A DNA stretch of 64,000 nucleotides from Gracilinanus agilis (lineage: Eukaryota). The notes beneath the pieces are model-generated. The model saw only the letters and a list, made by a program, of their open reading frames with translations. It had not been told where the DNA came from and ran no database searches. Position 1 is the stretch's first letter; each line of letters starts with the position of its first letter. Of the stretch, positions 62,331 to 64,000 are shown one piece after another. Location: contig NC_058132.1 of NCBI RefSeq assembly GCF_016433145.1, positions 204,201,682 to 204,265,681 on the forward strand, given 5' to 3'. The position numbers and the translations under genes are program-made.

Positions 62331-64000
62331 TGAGAACTGGGGCCATGGGATAGAGGGAATGGTGGTCCGAACAACCGGGGCTCAAGGGTTCGGCATGGAG
62401 GTGGTGAGAGTTGAAGTAAAGGGCTTCTCAAGAAGCGTAGAGAGAGGAAGTCTCTTGGGAGTGGGGCAGTAGATCCAGGGTAGCTGGGGCTGCAAAGACG
62501 AAGTAGGTTGATGTGTGGGTAGGGTCACAAAAAGGGTCTCCTGAGGGGGAGGGGGCAGTTGGAAGAAGAAGGCCAGGGGTAATTGATTTACTAGAGACTT
62601 GAGTCTTTGAATCATCGAGGAATGGATATGAAATATAATTTAGTTAGACTTGGGATTAGTTGTTAAAATGTGCCAAGCGTTGATGAGTTTTGTTTTTGTT
62701 TTTACCTTTTCATTCTTGTATTGAATATGGTTCCCCTTGTATTTTAATAGACCAAGATGAAGGAAATTGGAATGTAAGGTGCTTAATGGGGGCAGGGAAG
62801 GAACTTTATTTTTCAGATATATCAAATGACTTGAGTTTGACTTTAGAAAATTTTTTTATTATTTCTCTGAAATATTACATATGCTGGTATTTATAAGCTG
62901 AATATATTTGTAGGCTGATTTAACCAGTTCCTGGTTCAGTGCATCATGACTGAAGAAGCTAAACTACATACCTCTTCTAGTCTAACTTTTTTCCTGGATC
63001 CTTTTGGCCAATCATTAGACTCTTTCTTGGGCCTTGCTGCTGGTTTAATTTGATTAGCGGTACAACCCAAGGAAACTTTTTCATTCACAAATGATGAAAA
63101 GTGACTCATGAACTCCCCTATATTTAATCACTTTTAAGTTTAATGATCAGATCTTCACTTCTCTCAAGCTTAGTCTTTAATAAGAAAAATAATACAAGTA
63201 TCCAAGGTACTTGAAACAATGTTAAACCAACTTAGATTATTAGGGAGAATTCAACACAAAGTATTATCTTGTGGTTCCCCCCCATTCCCCCCACTTATTT
63301 AGTGAATGACTTTGGTAACTTTATATATATTTCTAGTCACTTTAGGAGGGTGGAAGTGAACAACTGTTATAATATAGACAGTGGTGTTATTTCCTTTAGT
63401 AAATTGTCATAATGTAGACAGTTGGTATTTCCTGTAATGTAGAAGAGGTTGTGGTGATTCTTTGCATGTCACTTAACTTCTCTGTCTGTGCTTTGGTTCC
63501 TCATTTGTAAAATTCTCTGGGTTGGTTTGGGAAAACAGTAAATCTTGATAAGGGTCTGGTAAAAATACTTAAAAGCACTTTGTTATGAATTAACATCTCT
63601 GTTTCATATCAGTGATTAAAATGATTTCACAAAATTTTCAGTCCTTTATTTGCTCATCTAAAGAATTGGGATTTTAGTTCATGATACATGTATCTGTCTG
63701 ATTTAGATCACATGCATAATGGCCAAAAATCAGCTACTCTCGTCTCTTTCTTGCAAGATCTAGCTTACTGGTGCTAAAATGTTAATTTAATTTTTAGTCA
63801 TTGGCATAATAAAGATTCCATAAAATGTTAGCTGCAAAATACTTCTTGAAATTATTTTATTTTCTTGGCTTTTAATATTTATTGTTCTTTCAATTTGAAG
63901 CTCTAATAGTTTAAGTTTTATAGTGAAGAGCCAAAAGTCTTTAAAAATGAAAACATTTTGAATTTAAAATTAGTAACCTTCATCAGATGATGGGGTGCAG

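Noticed and set aside
61184-62472. Long ORFs of 389, 238, 202 and 204 aa around the CBL promoter
   Set aside because: Stop-poor GC-rich and low-complexity sequence read through an N gap; only the part from ATG 62012 resembles a real protein.
63091-63097. C-box-like ATGATGA in CBL intron 1 as a snoRNA
   Set aside because: No suitably placed D box (CTGA) or terminal stem.

Overview
Mammalian genomic DNA, almost certainly marsupial. The dominant SINE is a tRNA/CORE SINE with the tail ...GCCTAGCCCTTACCACTCTTCTGCCTTGGAACCAATAC...AAGGTAAGGGTTTAAAA, which I recall as opossum SINE1_Mdo-like, so a didelphid such as Monodelphis domestica is likely (inference). The window holds the conserved block ABCG4(+, 5'-partial) - NLRX1(+, complete, 975 aa) - PDZD3/NHERF4(+, complete, 519 aa) - CCDC153/DRC12(-, complete, 201 aa) - CBL(+, start of exon 1). 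I traced exons by hand; all splice sites are GT-AG and phase-consistent. Human protein comparisons are from memory, not from a database search. There are four N gaps (34-194, 12243-12382, 34897-35031, 62087-62215), and introns and intergenic DNA are dense in SINEs, L1, RTE, CR1/L3, hAT MITEs and probable solo LTRs. I found no new gene system. The best leads are a four-TIR foldback hAT element, a hAT MITE carrying a near-perfect CTCF motif between ABCG4 and NLRX1, a triplicated 103-bp acceptor-like unit and a strong-Kozak uORF at the NLRX1 5' end, a 37-nt cryptic exon built into antisense SINE copies, a new N-glycosylation sequon in the ABCG4 extracellular loop, an inverted L1 pair in one intron, and a minimal (GGC)3 at the apparent FRA11B position of CBL.
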